Sequence record: NC_061444.1
DNA: 64,000 bases
Reading direction: 5' to 3' (one strand)
Part shown: one piece after another, positions 7,873 through 17,815 of the stretch
Position numbering within the stretch: position 1 is the stretch's first letter
Layout of the letters: the number at the start of each line of letters is the position of its first letter
The notes under the pieces: generated by a model
Seen by the model: the letters and a program-made list of their open reading frames with translations, nothing else
Database searches by the model: none
Told to the model about the DNA's origin: nothing
Program-made: the position numbers and the translations under genes

Positions 7873-10752
7873 TTAACTATCCACTTCGTCAGGTTCCCAG
7901 CACAGGATAGGTCTGCGCCACACTTGGAATACACCGATAGGGTCTGCACGACCTCCATCAATGAAGCAGTCCATAGTGCGTCCGCCTGAGTTCCCGCTCT
8001 GCATCAACGTCACAAGTCCTTCTGTCCATGACGCACGACCACCTGAGTCAGCTTCGAACAACCCTTCCCACACCATATCGAAAGCGCCTTTCCACGCATT
8101 GAAGTGATGTGATGAATAAGCACCGTCACCAACTGTACACAACACCATGTACTGATAATCTTTCACACACGGAATGTTGTAGTTGTTACCACGAGGAACA
8201 GAGGTACCGTTAGCGTTGAAGATACACTCCCAGCCAGTACGGTCAGCAGAACCTGTAGTCAAGAACAGAGGACGACGAATGATCATCATGATTCCGTTCT
8301 CGGTACCGTTGTTACTAGATTTCTCGCAGTACGCATTGCAGCGCAGTGAGCGGTCAACAGTGAACGTGGTCGAGTTCGAGAAGTCACGGGTGTAGTAGTT
8401 CGATCCCCACTTAGGCAGATACTCTGCTGGTGGAACGAAGAAGTGACGTTCAGCGAGTTCAATCTCACCGTAACGGTCATAGGCAAACACGATGTACTCG
8501 TAGCCAGCATCAATTGGAATGTTATGGCCTTGAGTGCCTGGGCCGTTCCATTTCCAAACTACCTGCCAATCGTTTGAGTCACGCGTTGCTTCTTCGGTAA
8601 TCAGATTGTATTTGCGTTCGTAGACGTGCCACACTTTCCCTTCTTCTGTGGTGTTGATATACAACGAGTTCGGGTCATTGATATTCCCGTTCTCAGTGCC
8701 GCAATAAATCTTATGCGACGCACCAGCAGAGTTGTAGATAGTGCCTGACCCGATTGAACCGAACATATCCCAGTTCATCATCAGGTGAGAGGTACACATT
8801 TCGTTCTGGCCGCTACCATCAGAAGTCGTTATGAGATATTCGCACAAGTCTTTGAACGGATATTTAACGTAACGGTTGTTAGCACGGTTGACGACATGCA
8901 CCCAGTCATGAGATTGAATCTTAGGCACAGGGAAGCATGGGTTAGTGACGGACACGACGAAGGTCTTTGTCTCGTACATAGGCAGCTTCTTGAAACGATT
9001 ATCTCTGATCGTTACAGTGTGCTCCATGCCCATTGTCGATGCACCGTCTTGACGACCAAGCACTTTGTAGTACGACAGATGCGCACTCTTGGTGTTTTCG
9101 AACAGGCTGTTAATGCCCATGCTCATGTTACTCTCACGGTCAGTGCCTGTCACATACGGATAACCGTTAGTGTCGAAGTCATAGCCGACAGAGAAGTAAC
9201 TATCAGGGTCAGATGATTTAACGCCACGGTACATTTCGTTCCATGCGTTACCTTCGCCCACACCTGGCTCACCAAACAGTGAGTAAGCAGCGCGGTACAC
9301 ATACTGCGAACCAGCGTACACACGACTCGATGCACCGATGCGATACATTGCAGCAGGCAGTCCGCCCTGCAAACGGTTAACGTCAGCAGTATCGTAAGAC
9401 ACGACATAGACGTAATGGTCAGTGCCGATAGCGTTCAGGTAAGCAGCACACGCAGCAGCATTCGCAACGCCTGGGTTAGTTCCCTCAGCAGAAGCATGAA
9501 TGTCGAACGTTCGGCGTTCAACCAGCGCAAGGTCAGACTTACGAATCTTGTAGACGTTCCAGCCACGACTATCAGTGTATCGTGTGCCATTGAAGATCGT
9601 GTACCCTGTATCGCCTGTATCAAGATAGCGCTGATAGCCTACAACGTGCGAGAAGATTCGGCTACGTGCTTGCAGTGACTGCGCGTTCTCATTCGACCAA
9701 GTGACAGACACATCACCGGCAGCCATACGGGCAGCCCAATCGTCAGGCTTGTACGGGTATGTCGTTACATCGAAGTTCACGCCATACGCATCACCGGGAT
9801 TCACGCAGCAGTTATCACGATAGATGATTGCAGGGTCGAGCACAACATCGTCAGGGATATCAACCTGTCCGCAATAGAACTGTTTCCACGTACCGGGCTG
9901 ACCGCCAATCGTTCCCGGGCCGTTCTGCACTGTGCCTGTGAACTGATATGCGGCAGAGAGTTCGTAGTTAATCTGGTTATGTAACTGAGCAACGTTAGTC
10001 CATGCGATGTGATTGCCAAACGCGTTGACGCTCTTAGCTTTCGCGTTCACGGTAGACGCAACGTAGGCTTGACCGTTACTGCGAATGCCTAACGGGTTGA
10101 AGATAGCATTGAAGTTTACGTTACCTTCGAACGCACCTTTCTGCAACACAATCAGGCTCACGCCGTTTCGATGCGCTTCACGCAAGGCATTGAGCATCGC
10201 TGTAGGCATACTCTGGTTAGTCGCAGACAGCAGCAGCATTACGCAACTGAACTGTTTGAAGTACCGGTAGTCGCCGTTGTAGCCGTAAGCACCAGCGTTA
10301 ATCTCTTGCCAGCTATGCGCCAGCATGTCGAGAGGCATACGCTGCATGTAGCCTACAAGCTGGCCCCACGATTCCATTGCAGTATCATCGTTCACTGGCG
10401 CAAGGTCAGAGATGACAAGCATGGTGCTACCGAGAGTAACGTTTGAGTTATAGCCGCGTTGCGTAAGCAGATGACGCAGCACACCCATGTTGTTAATGTT
10501 CTTGTTGCGGTAGTTCCCCAGCCAGCCGTAGCTGCCGTTAACCATAGGGCTACCTTCACGAACAAAGCGACCGTTCATATAGACAGCACCGAAACCGCAC
10601 ACGAACGCTTGAGCATGACCATCAACTACAAACGAAGTGAAGCGTGTACCATCAACGGCCATAGCATCTACGCTTGCTTGGGTGCCATCACCTGGGCTAC
10701 CGCTAAATACGGGAGTAATGCCTCGCGCATATAAGCAACTTTGTTGCAGCAT
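7873..10752 (-). CDS. Large tail-fibre component with an ILEI/PANDER (GG)-like domain
   Basis: 959 aa; segment RGWNVYKI...RTFDIH...YVYVVSYD...YRAAYSLFG resembles the GG domain of T4 gp35 and FAM3 proteins; C-terminal repeated W-x-x-(V/I) modules. Confidence 0.6.
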   Translation of the reverse strand: MLQQSCLYARGITPVFSGSPGDGTQASVDAMAVDGTRFTSFVVDGHAQAFVCGFGAVYMNGRFVREGSPMVNGSYGWLGNYRNKNINNMGVLRHLLTQRGYNSNVTLGSTMLVISDLAPVNDDTAMESWGQLVGYMQRMPLDMLAHSWQEINAGAYGYNGDYRYFKQFSCVMLLLSATNQSMPTAMLNALREAHRNGVSLIVLQKGAFEGNVNFNAIFNPLGIRSNGQAYVASTVNAKAKSVNAFGNHIAWTNVAQLHNQINYELSAAYQFTGTVQNGPGTIGGQPGTWKQFYCGQVDIPDDVVLDPAIIYRDNCCVNPGDAYGVNFDVTTYPYKPDDWAARMAAGDVSVTWSNENAQSLQARSRIFSHVVGYQRYLDTGDTGYTIFNGTRYTDSRGWNVYKIRKSDLALVERRTFDIHASAEGTNPGVANAAACAAYLNAIGTDHYVYVVSYDTADVNRLQGGLPAAMYRIGASSRVYAGSQYVYRAAYSLFGEPGVGEGNAWNEMYRGVKSSDPDSYFSVGYDFDTNGYPYVTGTDRESNMSMGINSLFENTKSAHLSYYKVLGRQDGASTMGMEHTVTIRDNRFKKLPMYETKTFVVSVTNPCFPVPKIQSHDWVHVVNRANNRYVKYPFKDLCEYLITTSDGSGQNEMCTSHLMMNWDMFGSIGSGTIYNSAGASHKIYCGTENGNINDPNSLYINTTEEGKVWHVYERKYNLITEEATRDSNDWQVVWKWNGPGTQGHNIPIDAGYEYIVFAYDRYGEIELAERHFFVPPAEYLPKWGSNYYTRDFSNSTTFTVDRSLRCNAYCEKSSNNGTENGIMMIIRRPLFLTTGSADRTGWECIFNANGTSVPRGNNYNIPCVKDYQYMVLCTVGDGAYSSHHFNAWKGAFDMVWEGLFEADSGGRASWTEGLVTLMQSGNSGGRTMDCFIDGGRADPIGVFQVWRRPILCWEPDEVDS

Positions 10753-10771
10753 GTTATGTCCTTAGATCGAT

Positions 10772-10794
10772 AAGAGGGGCCGAAGCCCCTTCTT
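10772..10794 (-). terminator. UUCG hairpin, probable terminator
   Basis: Minus strand GAAGGGGC-TTCG-GCCCCTCTT overlapping the stop of 10796..12814; short U tail. Confidence 0.55.
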
Positions 10795-10795
10795 G

Positions 10796-12814
10796 TTATG
10801 CAAAGACCACGTTCGAGATCGAGATATAGTCCATATTAACACCGTCACCCCTATCCCAACTTGAGGTAACGTAGAACCAGATTTCTTCACCTGCTGCAAT
10901 GTCTACAGGGACGTTGAATGTCTGGATGTTGCGGTTATTTCCCGGAACGAATGTGAAGCCAGGGTTAGAGCGCTCACTCCATGTGATACCACTATGGAAC
11001 GAACCCTGTTTACCTGTGTACGCGATGTTGACTGTAACCTGAGTAATGCGACGTGTGAAGAAGTTGTTGAACTTGAACCAACCCTTCGAGCCACCCCAGA
11101 GAACACCGTAGTCACCGTCCTGCACTCGTACTTGCGACCAGAAGTTACCAAAGCCACGGCCACCAGTATGCTCAATCTCGTAGCAGTACCACGGGAATGG
11201 ATCAGCTTCTGGAGGCTGCGCGTTGCCACCTTCGATTGTCACACAACGATAAGGAACAGTGAAGTCACTCACGTTAATCTTAGGAGGCTGAATAGGACAG
11301 TACACAAAGTACGACCAATCACATCCGATAGGTGCTGTCACGCGAACTGTGATGTTAGCGCGAAGCACATGCTCAGGGTATTTCCAAAATTCGAGTGTGC
11401 CTGTACGACCCGCTGCAACGATTGACGTATCAAGCAGAGTCATGTTCTGGTCAAACACTTCGAACTTGGTATCAAACGAGTTCGCTACACAAACAACAAG
11501 CCCGGCGCGAATGTCCGTCTGAGTTCCTAATGCAAAATTATCTTCTGTGGTTGGATGGCCAGCAGAGTACACGCTATAACTCTGGCAAGGGTGCATGTAT
11601 TCACGCGCACCACGTTCGCCCGGGCAGTAGAGACTGTAGAAGCAACTCGCAAGTGATGAAGCATTACCAAAGTCTTTACTGACGACGCGCACCATGATAT
11701 CACACGCAACGCCTTTCGGGTCAAAGTAGAAATACAGATAACCCTCGCCGGTCTTCGCATCAAGTGTGGTAGCGATACGCTGGCCACCCTGATAGACCTC
11801 GATGAAGTCGAACGTATCCCATGACGTGTAATCGAGATACATCCAACCTGCAATCCAGCCGATGAAGTGATAGTATTCAAACGCGTTAGCATTCTGAATA
11901 CGCTCAGTAATAGGCCAGACTGTTGCGTGACACGGTGCTGGGAAGATTGGGCTACCGATATAATCAGGATGAATGACGTCAGGGAAGTTGATAACGTCAT
12001 ATGCAGCTTGACTATCGAGGGCCAACCCACCACGGTCAGACGGTGCAGAAAGACGAGGCGGATATACTTCTAAGCTCCAGCTATATCCCTGCGTTGTGCG
12101 CACACGTACCATGATACGCATATCAGCAGCGTCAGGGTCGAACTGGAATTTGATACGAGAGCGACCTGTCAGCTTGCCACACGTTGAAGCAACACGCACA
12201 CCCATGTGATACACATCGACGCTTGCACCAGCAGGCGCATACGAGGCAATCATCAGCTCGACATAACCTTCGATAGCTGGCATTGCATAATACGTTTCAG
12301 TGACAACAGCACCACGTCCGTGAACAGACGCATATGGTACGTTGGGGTTAGCATAGGTACCTAGCCCTGCACGAGAAGCAACACCAGTAGGGTCGTATGA
12401 TTCGATGGCCTTGATGCCGGGGCGATTGAGAGATCGACCAGTAGGAGGAGCAAAAGAGTTGACAAGACCGAAGCCAGTGCGACCAGCATCAGGCAGGTCA
12501 AACCCTGCAGGATAGCCTGTAAGGATATCGTACTTCTCACGACCGCCACTCCCTATGCCGTTGCCGGAGCCTTTGGTTGTTGACGTAGGACCGCCACCAC
12601 ACGCGCCCGTTTCGAGATTCGAACACGGGTCATCGTATGTAGGGTCAAACGAGTCATCAATGTGATGCCAACGCTGACCCCACTGGTTACGCACACTGAA
12701 CTTCTCTGGAGTTAAAGGTGTCCAGTCTCCAGCATGTGTGCGTATGAACATGGGCGTGTCCACACAGTCATGCCAACCGTTATTCGCAGCATTACGAACG
12801 CGAAAACGAGACAT
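10796..12814 (-). CDS. Fibre-associated protein with three tandem beta-sandwich repeats
   Basis: 672 aa; three repeats of about 100 aa (VDVYHMGVRVAST / IEVYQGGQRIATT / FEVFDQNMTLLDT); possible C-terminal carbohydrate-binding module. Confidence 0.65.
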   Translation of the reverse strand: MSRFRVRNAANNGWHDCVDTPMFIRTHAGDWTPLTPEKFSVRNQWGQRWHHIDDSFDPTYDDPCSNLETGACGGGPTSTTKGSGNGIGSGGREKYDILTGYPAGFDLPDAGRTGFGLVNSFAPPTGRSLNRPGIKAIESYDPTGVASRAGLGTYANPNVPYASVHGRGAVVTETYYAMPAIEGYVELMIASYAPAGASVDVYHMGVRVASTCGKLTGRSRIKFQFDPDAADMRIMVRVRTTQGYSWSLEVYPPRLSAPSDRGGLALDSQAAYDVINFPDVIHPDYIGSPIFPAPCHATVWPITERIQNANAFEYYHFIGWIAGWMYLDYTSWDTFDFIEVYQGGQRIATTLDAKTGEGYLYFYFDPKGVACDIMVRVVSKDFGNASSLASCFYSLYCPGERGAREYMHPCQSYSVYSAGHPTTEDNFALGTQTDIRAGLVVCVANSFDTKFEVFDQNMTLLDTSIVAAGRTGTLEFWKYPEHVLRANITVRVTAPIGCDWSYFVYCPIQPPKINVSDFTVPYRCVTIEGGNAQPPEADPFPWYCYEIEHTGGRGFGNFWSQVRVQDGDYGVLWGGSKGWFKFNNFFTRRITQVTVNIAYTGKQGSFHSGITWSERSNPGFTFVPGNNRNIQTFNVPVDIAAGEEIWFYVTSSWDRGDGVNMDYISISNVVFA

Positions 12815-12823
12815 GCTTTCTCC

Positions 12824-13315
12824 TTAAGGACGGACCCAAATACTTCCGGGTGGAATCTCCTGATCTAACGCAGGGTCAGAATCTTGAACGAAGACAGCCA
12901 CGACTCCTGGGTTTCCTGGTGCACCAGTAGGACCAGTAGCACCAGTAGGACCCGCAGGACCACGAAGACCAAGATAGCCTTGCTTGCCTTGCTGACCATC
13001 ACTGCCTCGTGGCCCCGGACAACCATCAGTGCCTCGACGACCATCTTTACCCATCAGGCCGTCGATACCATCACGACCGGAAGGACCTACGCCACCAGCA
13101 GGACCATAGCCGATGCTGTGAATAGTTGGCAGTCCTGCAATTTGCAGTTTGCCGATATTGGGTATGTTGATTGCGAGCACACCAGTAAGCGCATCGAATG
13201 CACCATTGAGTGTGCTATCGTCTTCTGACGTGTCAACGTTAATCCCACCTTGAGTCGCTACAACAGGACCAGACGCGTTGGCCTTGATAAGCGATATATC
13301 AACCTTCTCCACCAT
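12824..13315 (-). CDS. Collagen-like fibre protein (paralogue 3)
   Basis: Gly-X-Y run; FDALTGVL...GLPT pre-domain; ends PGSIWVRP. Confidence 0.85.
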   Translation of the reverse strand: MVEKVDISLIKANASGPVVATQGGINVDTSEDDSTLNGAFDALTGVLAINIPNIGKLQIAGLPTIHSIGYGPAGGVGPSGRDGIDGLMGKDGRRGTDGCPGPRGSDGQQGKQGYLGLRGPAGPTGATGPTGAPGNPGVVAVFVQDSDPALDQEIPPGSIWVRP

Positions 13316-13324
13316 GATTACTCC

Positions 13325-13957
13325 TTACGGCCAGGTAGTGCCTTGATCTTTTGTAGGGTCTACCCACACGGTGCCGGGTGCGACATTTCCGGGCTGGGTA
13401 GCACTCACGATGATAGACAGACGACCAGCAGGACCTGCTGCACCAGTAGGACCAGTTGGGCCAGTAGCGCCAGTTGCTCCTGTAGGGCCTGTACCGCCAC
13501 GAGGGCCGGTAGGACCAGTAGGCCCCATAGGACCTGTGCGACCATCTGGGCCAGTAGGACCGACAGGACCCGGCAGACCATCACGACCATCCGGCCCAGG
13601 AAGACCCTGCTCGCCGTCAGGACCTACCTCACCGTCACAGCCCTGTTCGCCCGGGTTTCCATCACGACCATCACGACCGTCTTTACCATCAGCGCCTGTC
13701 TCACCCCTGCTGCCTTGACGACCTTCAGGGATATCAGATGCAGTAGGGAATCCACCTACTTTGACTGACTGACCGTTAGCGAACTTGAGAGTAAGAATAC
13801 CCGAAGTCGCATCGAATGACGAATCAGCAGTTATCTCTGACGGTACATCAGCATCGTTCTGGTCTATTGTCAGAACGCCAGACTGAGCACGAATTGCAGT
13901 AGCAGTAGTCGAAGAACCAGCCTGAATGAGACCGGTCTTAACTTTAATCAGACTCAT
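13325..13957 (-). CDS. Collagen-like fibre protein (paralogue 2)
   Basis: Long Gly-X-Y run rich in GPT/GAT; FDATSGIL...GFPT pre-domain; ends PGTVWVDP. Confidence 0.85.
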   Translation of the reverse strand: MSLIKVKTGLIQAGSSTTATAIRAQSGVLTIDQNDADVPSEITADSSFDATSGILTLKFANGQSVKVGGFPTASDIPEGRQGSRGETGADGKDGRDGRDGNPGEQGCDGEVGPDGEQGLPGPDGRDGLPGPVGPTGPDGRTGPMGPTGPTGPRGGTGPTGATGATGPTGPTGAAGPAGRLSIIVSATQPGNVAPGTVWVDPTKDQGTTWP

Positions 13958-15396
13958 TACGTTTTCTCCGCTTTCGCAACAATATCCGTGTTGTGTGCGA
14001 GCACATCACCAACGAAGTAGCAATCAAATGGGTCAACGTCGATATCGACTGTCTTCACTTGAGCATCTATGCGTCGGAACTCGTATACAGCAACAGGTCC
14101 TTTGCGACCCAAAACAGTTTGTCCAGCTTGCACATCACGCGCAGGAACATAACGCCACACGCTGTCATCGTAAATCAAGACAGGGTGTTCGTGCGTGAAC
14201 TTCTGTCCGTTGATAACGTAGTAATGATCTTCTTCGCCGTATTTTAATCCGACGACTGTAGCGTTTACAAGATTACCTTTCAGACTCGGTGAAGACCACT
14301 GACGGAAGTTCTTAGGCTGATTAGAGAAGCTGCGCAAGCTATCGCCCACACGCAAGTCCTCGACAGCTTTAGGTCCTGTGATTGTTTCAACCTCAGAACC
14401 AAACACGATACAGCCAGACGCTTTGTTGATAGGGTTACGTGCCACAACAGTCAGAGCAGAACTCACTGTGACAGTTGGACGTGACGTTTGCCCCATGTCA
14501 GTTACTACGCAACGGATAGTGCCTTTGATTACTCGATCAGCACCAAGTCCGAGACGCAGATAGAAGTTAACGACACAGGTTGAGGATGTTGTCGCACTGA
14601 GCGTTACACCCTCTGTAGTTGTGATAGTCCACTGATACTTATAGGGACCAACACCACCACGCGCGTTAACAGGCAGATACGCAAGCGAAGTAAACACATC
14701 AGAACCCTGTACTGCACGTTGACCAACCATGTACAGACTTGATACTGACGCAGCAAGAGGTGTTATCGTAGGCAGAGGCGGCGCAGGGGTAACGTTGTTC
14801 GTCGGGTATAACCACACAAACACTTTACCATCCGTAGGCTGCGTACTTGACAGCACGGCAGTAGTGATAGGCGCTGGGCCTGTAGGACCTGTTGCACCAG
14901 CAATACAGCTTGGACCCGTGTTGCCACGAGGACCACGTATGCCGGGAGGACCCTCAGGACCGTCTGGGCCTGTAGGGCCATCAGGACCCATGCGACCAGT
15001 ATCACCCTGAGGACCGTCTTCGCCGTCACGTCCGGGATCACCTACAGGTCCAGTCTTGCCTCTGTTGCCAACTTTGCCTTGACAGCCGGGACGCCCTGTT
15101 TCACCGTCACGACCATCTCGTCCATCACGGCCAGGAGCACCGGGAGCGCCTCGACGCCCCGGTTTACCTTCACCGAACATAGCTACAGTAGGAAGTCCGG
15201 GAACGTTAATCACATCCCCGTTCTTCTTGATGAACACCAACACACCTGTCTTGCTGTTAAATCTTACGCTTGCGAGTTGTGTAAGAGCAGCAGTGTCCGA
15301 TTGTTCGAACTGTGCGCTACCACCAACACCCACCAGCGACTTACCTTCATCGTTGGCGGTTGTTTCGATTTGCGAAAGTTTTAACTGTGTTGTCAT
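13957..15396 (-). CDS. Collagen-like fibre protein (paralogue 1) with a beta-sandwich domain and C-terminal Hint domain
   Basis: Gly-X-Y run, FNSKTGVL...GLPT pre-domain, Ig-like middle, then CIVFGSEV...THEHP...LAHN-T. Confidence 0.85.
   Translation of the reverse strand: MTTQLKLSQIETTANDEGKSLVGVGGSAQFEQSDTAALTQLASVRFNSKTGVLVFIKKNGDVINVPGLPTVAMFGEGKPGRRGAPGAPGRDGRDGRDGETGRPGCQGKVGNRGKTGPVGDPGRDGEDGPQGDTGRMGPDGPTGPDGPEGPPGIRGPRGNTGPSCIAGATGPTGPAPITTAVLSSTQPTDGKVFVWLYPTNNVTPAPPLPTITPLAASVSSLYMVGQRAVQGSDVFTSLAYLPVNARGGVGPYKYQWTITTTEGVTLSATTSSTCVVNFYLRLGLGADRVIKGTIRCVVTDMGQTSRPTVTVSSALTVVARNPINKASGCIVFGSEVETITGPKAVEDLRVGDSLRSFSNQPKNFRQWSSPSLKGNLVNATVVGLKYGEEDHYYVINGQKFTHEHPVLIYDDSVWRYVPARDVQAGQTVLGRKGPVAVYEFRRIDAQVKTVDIDVDPFDCYFVGDVLAHNTDIVAKAEKT
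13990..14412 (-). other. Intein-like Hint domain (141 aa, no endonuclease)
   Basis: Cys1 (TGT at 14410-14412), block B T-x-x-H-P (FTHEHPV), block F Asp region (TVDIDV...YFVG), terminal His-Asn followed by Thr. Confidence 0.85.
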
Positions 15397-17732
15397 TTCG
15401 GTTCAACCTTAATGCACAAGTTACCAGACAGTTTCGAACCGTAGCTTGTGATCTGCGAATCAGTGATACGCACCTTAGCAACGATATCAATGAAGCCTTG
15501 AGGTTGGTTCTCAATGAGCACCGTGTACATCTGCGTCAGGCTAACGTTTGAATACGCGATCACCTCTGTCAGACTTGCATCAGAAGTAACAACGTTAAAG
15601 CCAGCGCTGCCAGTACCCTTGAGGCCACGACCGTATTCAGCTTCGGCTGTGCCTGGGACTTTGAACGACAGAACGTACTCGATATGCTCTTTACCGCTGG
15701 TGGCCGCGAAGCCTGGGCCCAGTTGACACTGGAAGTCAGCGATACACGTAAGCATAACACCCTTAGTGAAGTCGATACGCTGAACGATGGTCAGTTCTTC
15801 GGAATCTTCGACTACCTGCTGGATGTTGTACATGTTCTTTGGATCGGCTTCTTCGGCGAGCGCCTGAGTGTTGCTGATCGTAATCTCAGGCCACGTACCT
15901 TTAATCAGAATACCTTCGCCCTGAATGATTTCAGGAGCAGCGATAGGCACGTCGATAGGAGGCAGACCTTGACGTTTGAACATGTAACCGGTCGGTGTAG
16001 GGATAGCATCAATGATGACACCATCAACTGAACTGTCTTTCGAACCCACCGCCATTACGTTCTCGAAGATTGTGATTTCAACGAGGGTATCAGCAGGGAT
16101 AGGCGACAGCGTTTTCAGCACATTACCAGCGACAGTGAACTCTTGCGTGTGTACTGTTAGACCGCTCATAGCCACAACGCAGTGTGACTTATTCAGAGGT
16201 GTAGTTGGCAGTACAAATGTATCAGCATCATAAGGCAAGCGATACTGAGCAACACGAATACGAGTAGACCAGTTGGCGCGTTCTTCATATCGAGCTACAT
16301 AGAAAGTGTATTTCTGACCGGACGGGATTGCTTCTGTCAGCGTGACGCTGTTACCGTTCGTGAGTTTATACACGGTGGTAGGCTGCCACGTACTACCGAC
16401 AACGCAGAAGATCATGTCCACGCTATCAATCGGTTTACTACCGAGTTTAAACAGAGCAGTCTGACCGTCACCAACACCTTCGTATGTTTCGAACAACACA
16501 ACGTGACCTTGCGACGGTTCGATACGGAACTGACGCATATCAAGCTGCATACGCTGTTCAGGATAAGACGAAAGCAGAAGCTGATCGTCAACAACGCTAT
16601 ATGCAGTGCGCGGTTGAAGCACGCCAGACGTACCGAGCAGCAAGTCAGTTGAGCTATCGAGAATCTCGGACAGCGTGTAACGTAACTTGTCAGGAGTAGC
16701 TGTAGTTACGACAGAACTAAACAGCATCTTGCCGGGAGGAACGAACAACGTACCAGTAGTCTGACGAGTGCTACCTGCAACAGGTCCCCAATAAGGCTGC
16801 GCGTCTTTGCCTCTGTACAATGCCCATGCTTCTGGTACATCGTTATTCAGCGGCCACGGAATGCCAGCAGTCGGAGTTGTTGGGTTAGTGATACGACGCC
16901 ACACAGCAATCGAAGTCTGAGCACTAACGAAAGGAATCGCGCTGTCCATGTTGACGAGCTGGCCTTTCGTGTACTTGAAGTGACGACAAGCACCTGAACC
17001 AGTACCTGAGATTGTTTGCAGCAGCACAACTTCGTTCTCTTTAAGACTGGTGATTGACGCAATCTTAAAGGTGTTCGCGTTGATGAAACCGGCAGCAGTA
17101 ATCTGGCCGCTGAAAATACGGTCATGCTCACTGAAAGCCCAGTAATACGAACCTGCACCATAGCGATACGCAGTACCCGGAGAGCGTGTGCCGTCAGAGT
17201 TGACGTGCATATCAAGAACTGACACGGCGTTGAACACGTTGTCGTTCAAGCTCGGAAGGTTTTGCAGCGTTGCCACACTCGGAATAGAAGTGTAGTCAGC
17301 CATTTTAACAGCAAGAATCTTTTGAATGTCCTGCTGGATGTGTACGAGAAGACTCACGCGACTAATAGAGTTCGGTACAGCAATGATAGGCTCTTCCAAG
17401 ACAACGTGACCGAAAGGTCGGTTATCTGAGAGCATGATCAGTATCTCACCTACTCGTTTAAGCGTTTCACCTTCAACGTATTTAACTTTAATGTCAAAGA
17501 CGAAGCGGGCACTGTTCTCGGTAAGAACCTGAACATATGACAATGCGCCCGACGCAAGCTCGTTGCCAAGTAACTTCTCTGGAACCACAGACGGGTTAGA
17601 GCCTACAAAGTCACCTGCTTTGAATGCCACGGGTGTTACAGCAAGTCCACCAGCATTCGCGTTCGCAACGGCCTGTTCTCCCTGAGGCGTTAGACGCAGA
17701 GCGTTAACGTAGATAGATTCAGTGGCCATCAA
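15393..17732 (-). CDS. Tail collar/fibre attachment protein (779 aa)
   Basis: N-terminus [14 protein letters not shown]...FKAGD resembles the P2 gpH / DUF3751 baseplate-attachment domain; repeated GDGQTALF...Q...Y modules. Confidence 0.65.
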   Translation of the reverse strand: MMATESIYVNALRLTPQGEQAVANANAGGLAVTPVAFKAGDFVGSNPSVVPEKLLGNELASGALSYVQVLTENSARFVFDIKVKYVEGETLKRVGEILIMLSDNRPFGHVVLEEPIIAVPNSISRVSLLVHIQQDIQKILAVKMADYTSIPSVATLQNLPSLNDNVFNAVSVLDMHVNSDGTRSPGTAYRYGAGSYYWAFSEHDRIFSGQITAAGFINANTFKIASITSLKENEVVLLQTISGTGSGACRHFKYTKGQLVNMDSAIPFVSAQTSIAVWRRITNPTTPTAGIPWPLNNDVPEAWALYRGKDAQPYWGPVAGSTRQTTGTLFVPPGKMLFSSVVTTATPDKLRYTLSEILDSSTDLLLGTSGVLQPRTAYSVVDDQLLLSSYPEQRMQLDMRQFRIEPSQGHVVLFETYEGVGDGQTALFKLGSKPIDSVDMIFCVVGSTWQPTTVYKLTNGNSVTLTEAIPSGQKYTFYVARYEERANWSTRIRVAQYRLPYDADTFVLPTTPLNKSHCVVAMSGLTVHTQEFTVAGNVLKTLSPIPADTLVEITIFENVMAVGSKDSSVDGVIIDAIPTPTGYMFKRQGLPPIDVPIAAPEIIQGEGILIKGTWPEITISNTQALAEEADPKNMYNIQQVVEDSEELTIVQRIDFTKGVMLTCIADFQCQLGPGFAATSGKEHIEYVLSFKVPGTAEAEYGRGLKGTGSAGFNVVTSDASLTEVIAYSNVSLTQMYTVLIENQPQGFIDIVAKVRITDSQITSYGSKLSGNLCIKVEPK

Positions 17733-17769
17733 AGAACTCCTTGGGTTTTAACTGTCATAAATTACGATA

Positions 17770-17813
17770 AAACAAAAAGGGAGCCAGGAACATGTAGCTC
17801 CGGACTCCCTTTA
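17770..17813 (-). terminator. Rho-independent terminator
   Basis: Minus strand AAAGGGAGTCCGGA...CCTGGCTCCCTTTTTGTTTT. Confidence 0.8.
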
Positions 17814-17815
17814 TT

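Noticed and set aside
12815-12826. Stop-codon readthrough fusing the collagen gene to 10796..12814 (in-frame 9-nt gap)
   Set aside because: TAA is rarely read through, and the gap is just an RBS spacer also seen at other junctions
6827-17732. Diversity-generating retroelement or invertible fibre cassette
   Set aside because: No reverse transcriptase, invertase or near-identical template/variable repeats seen
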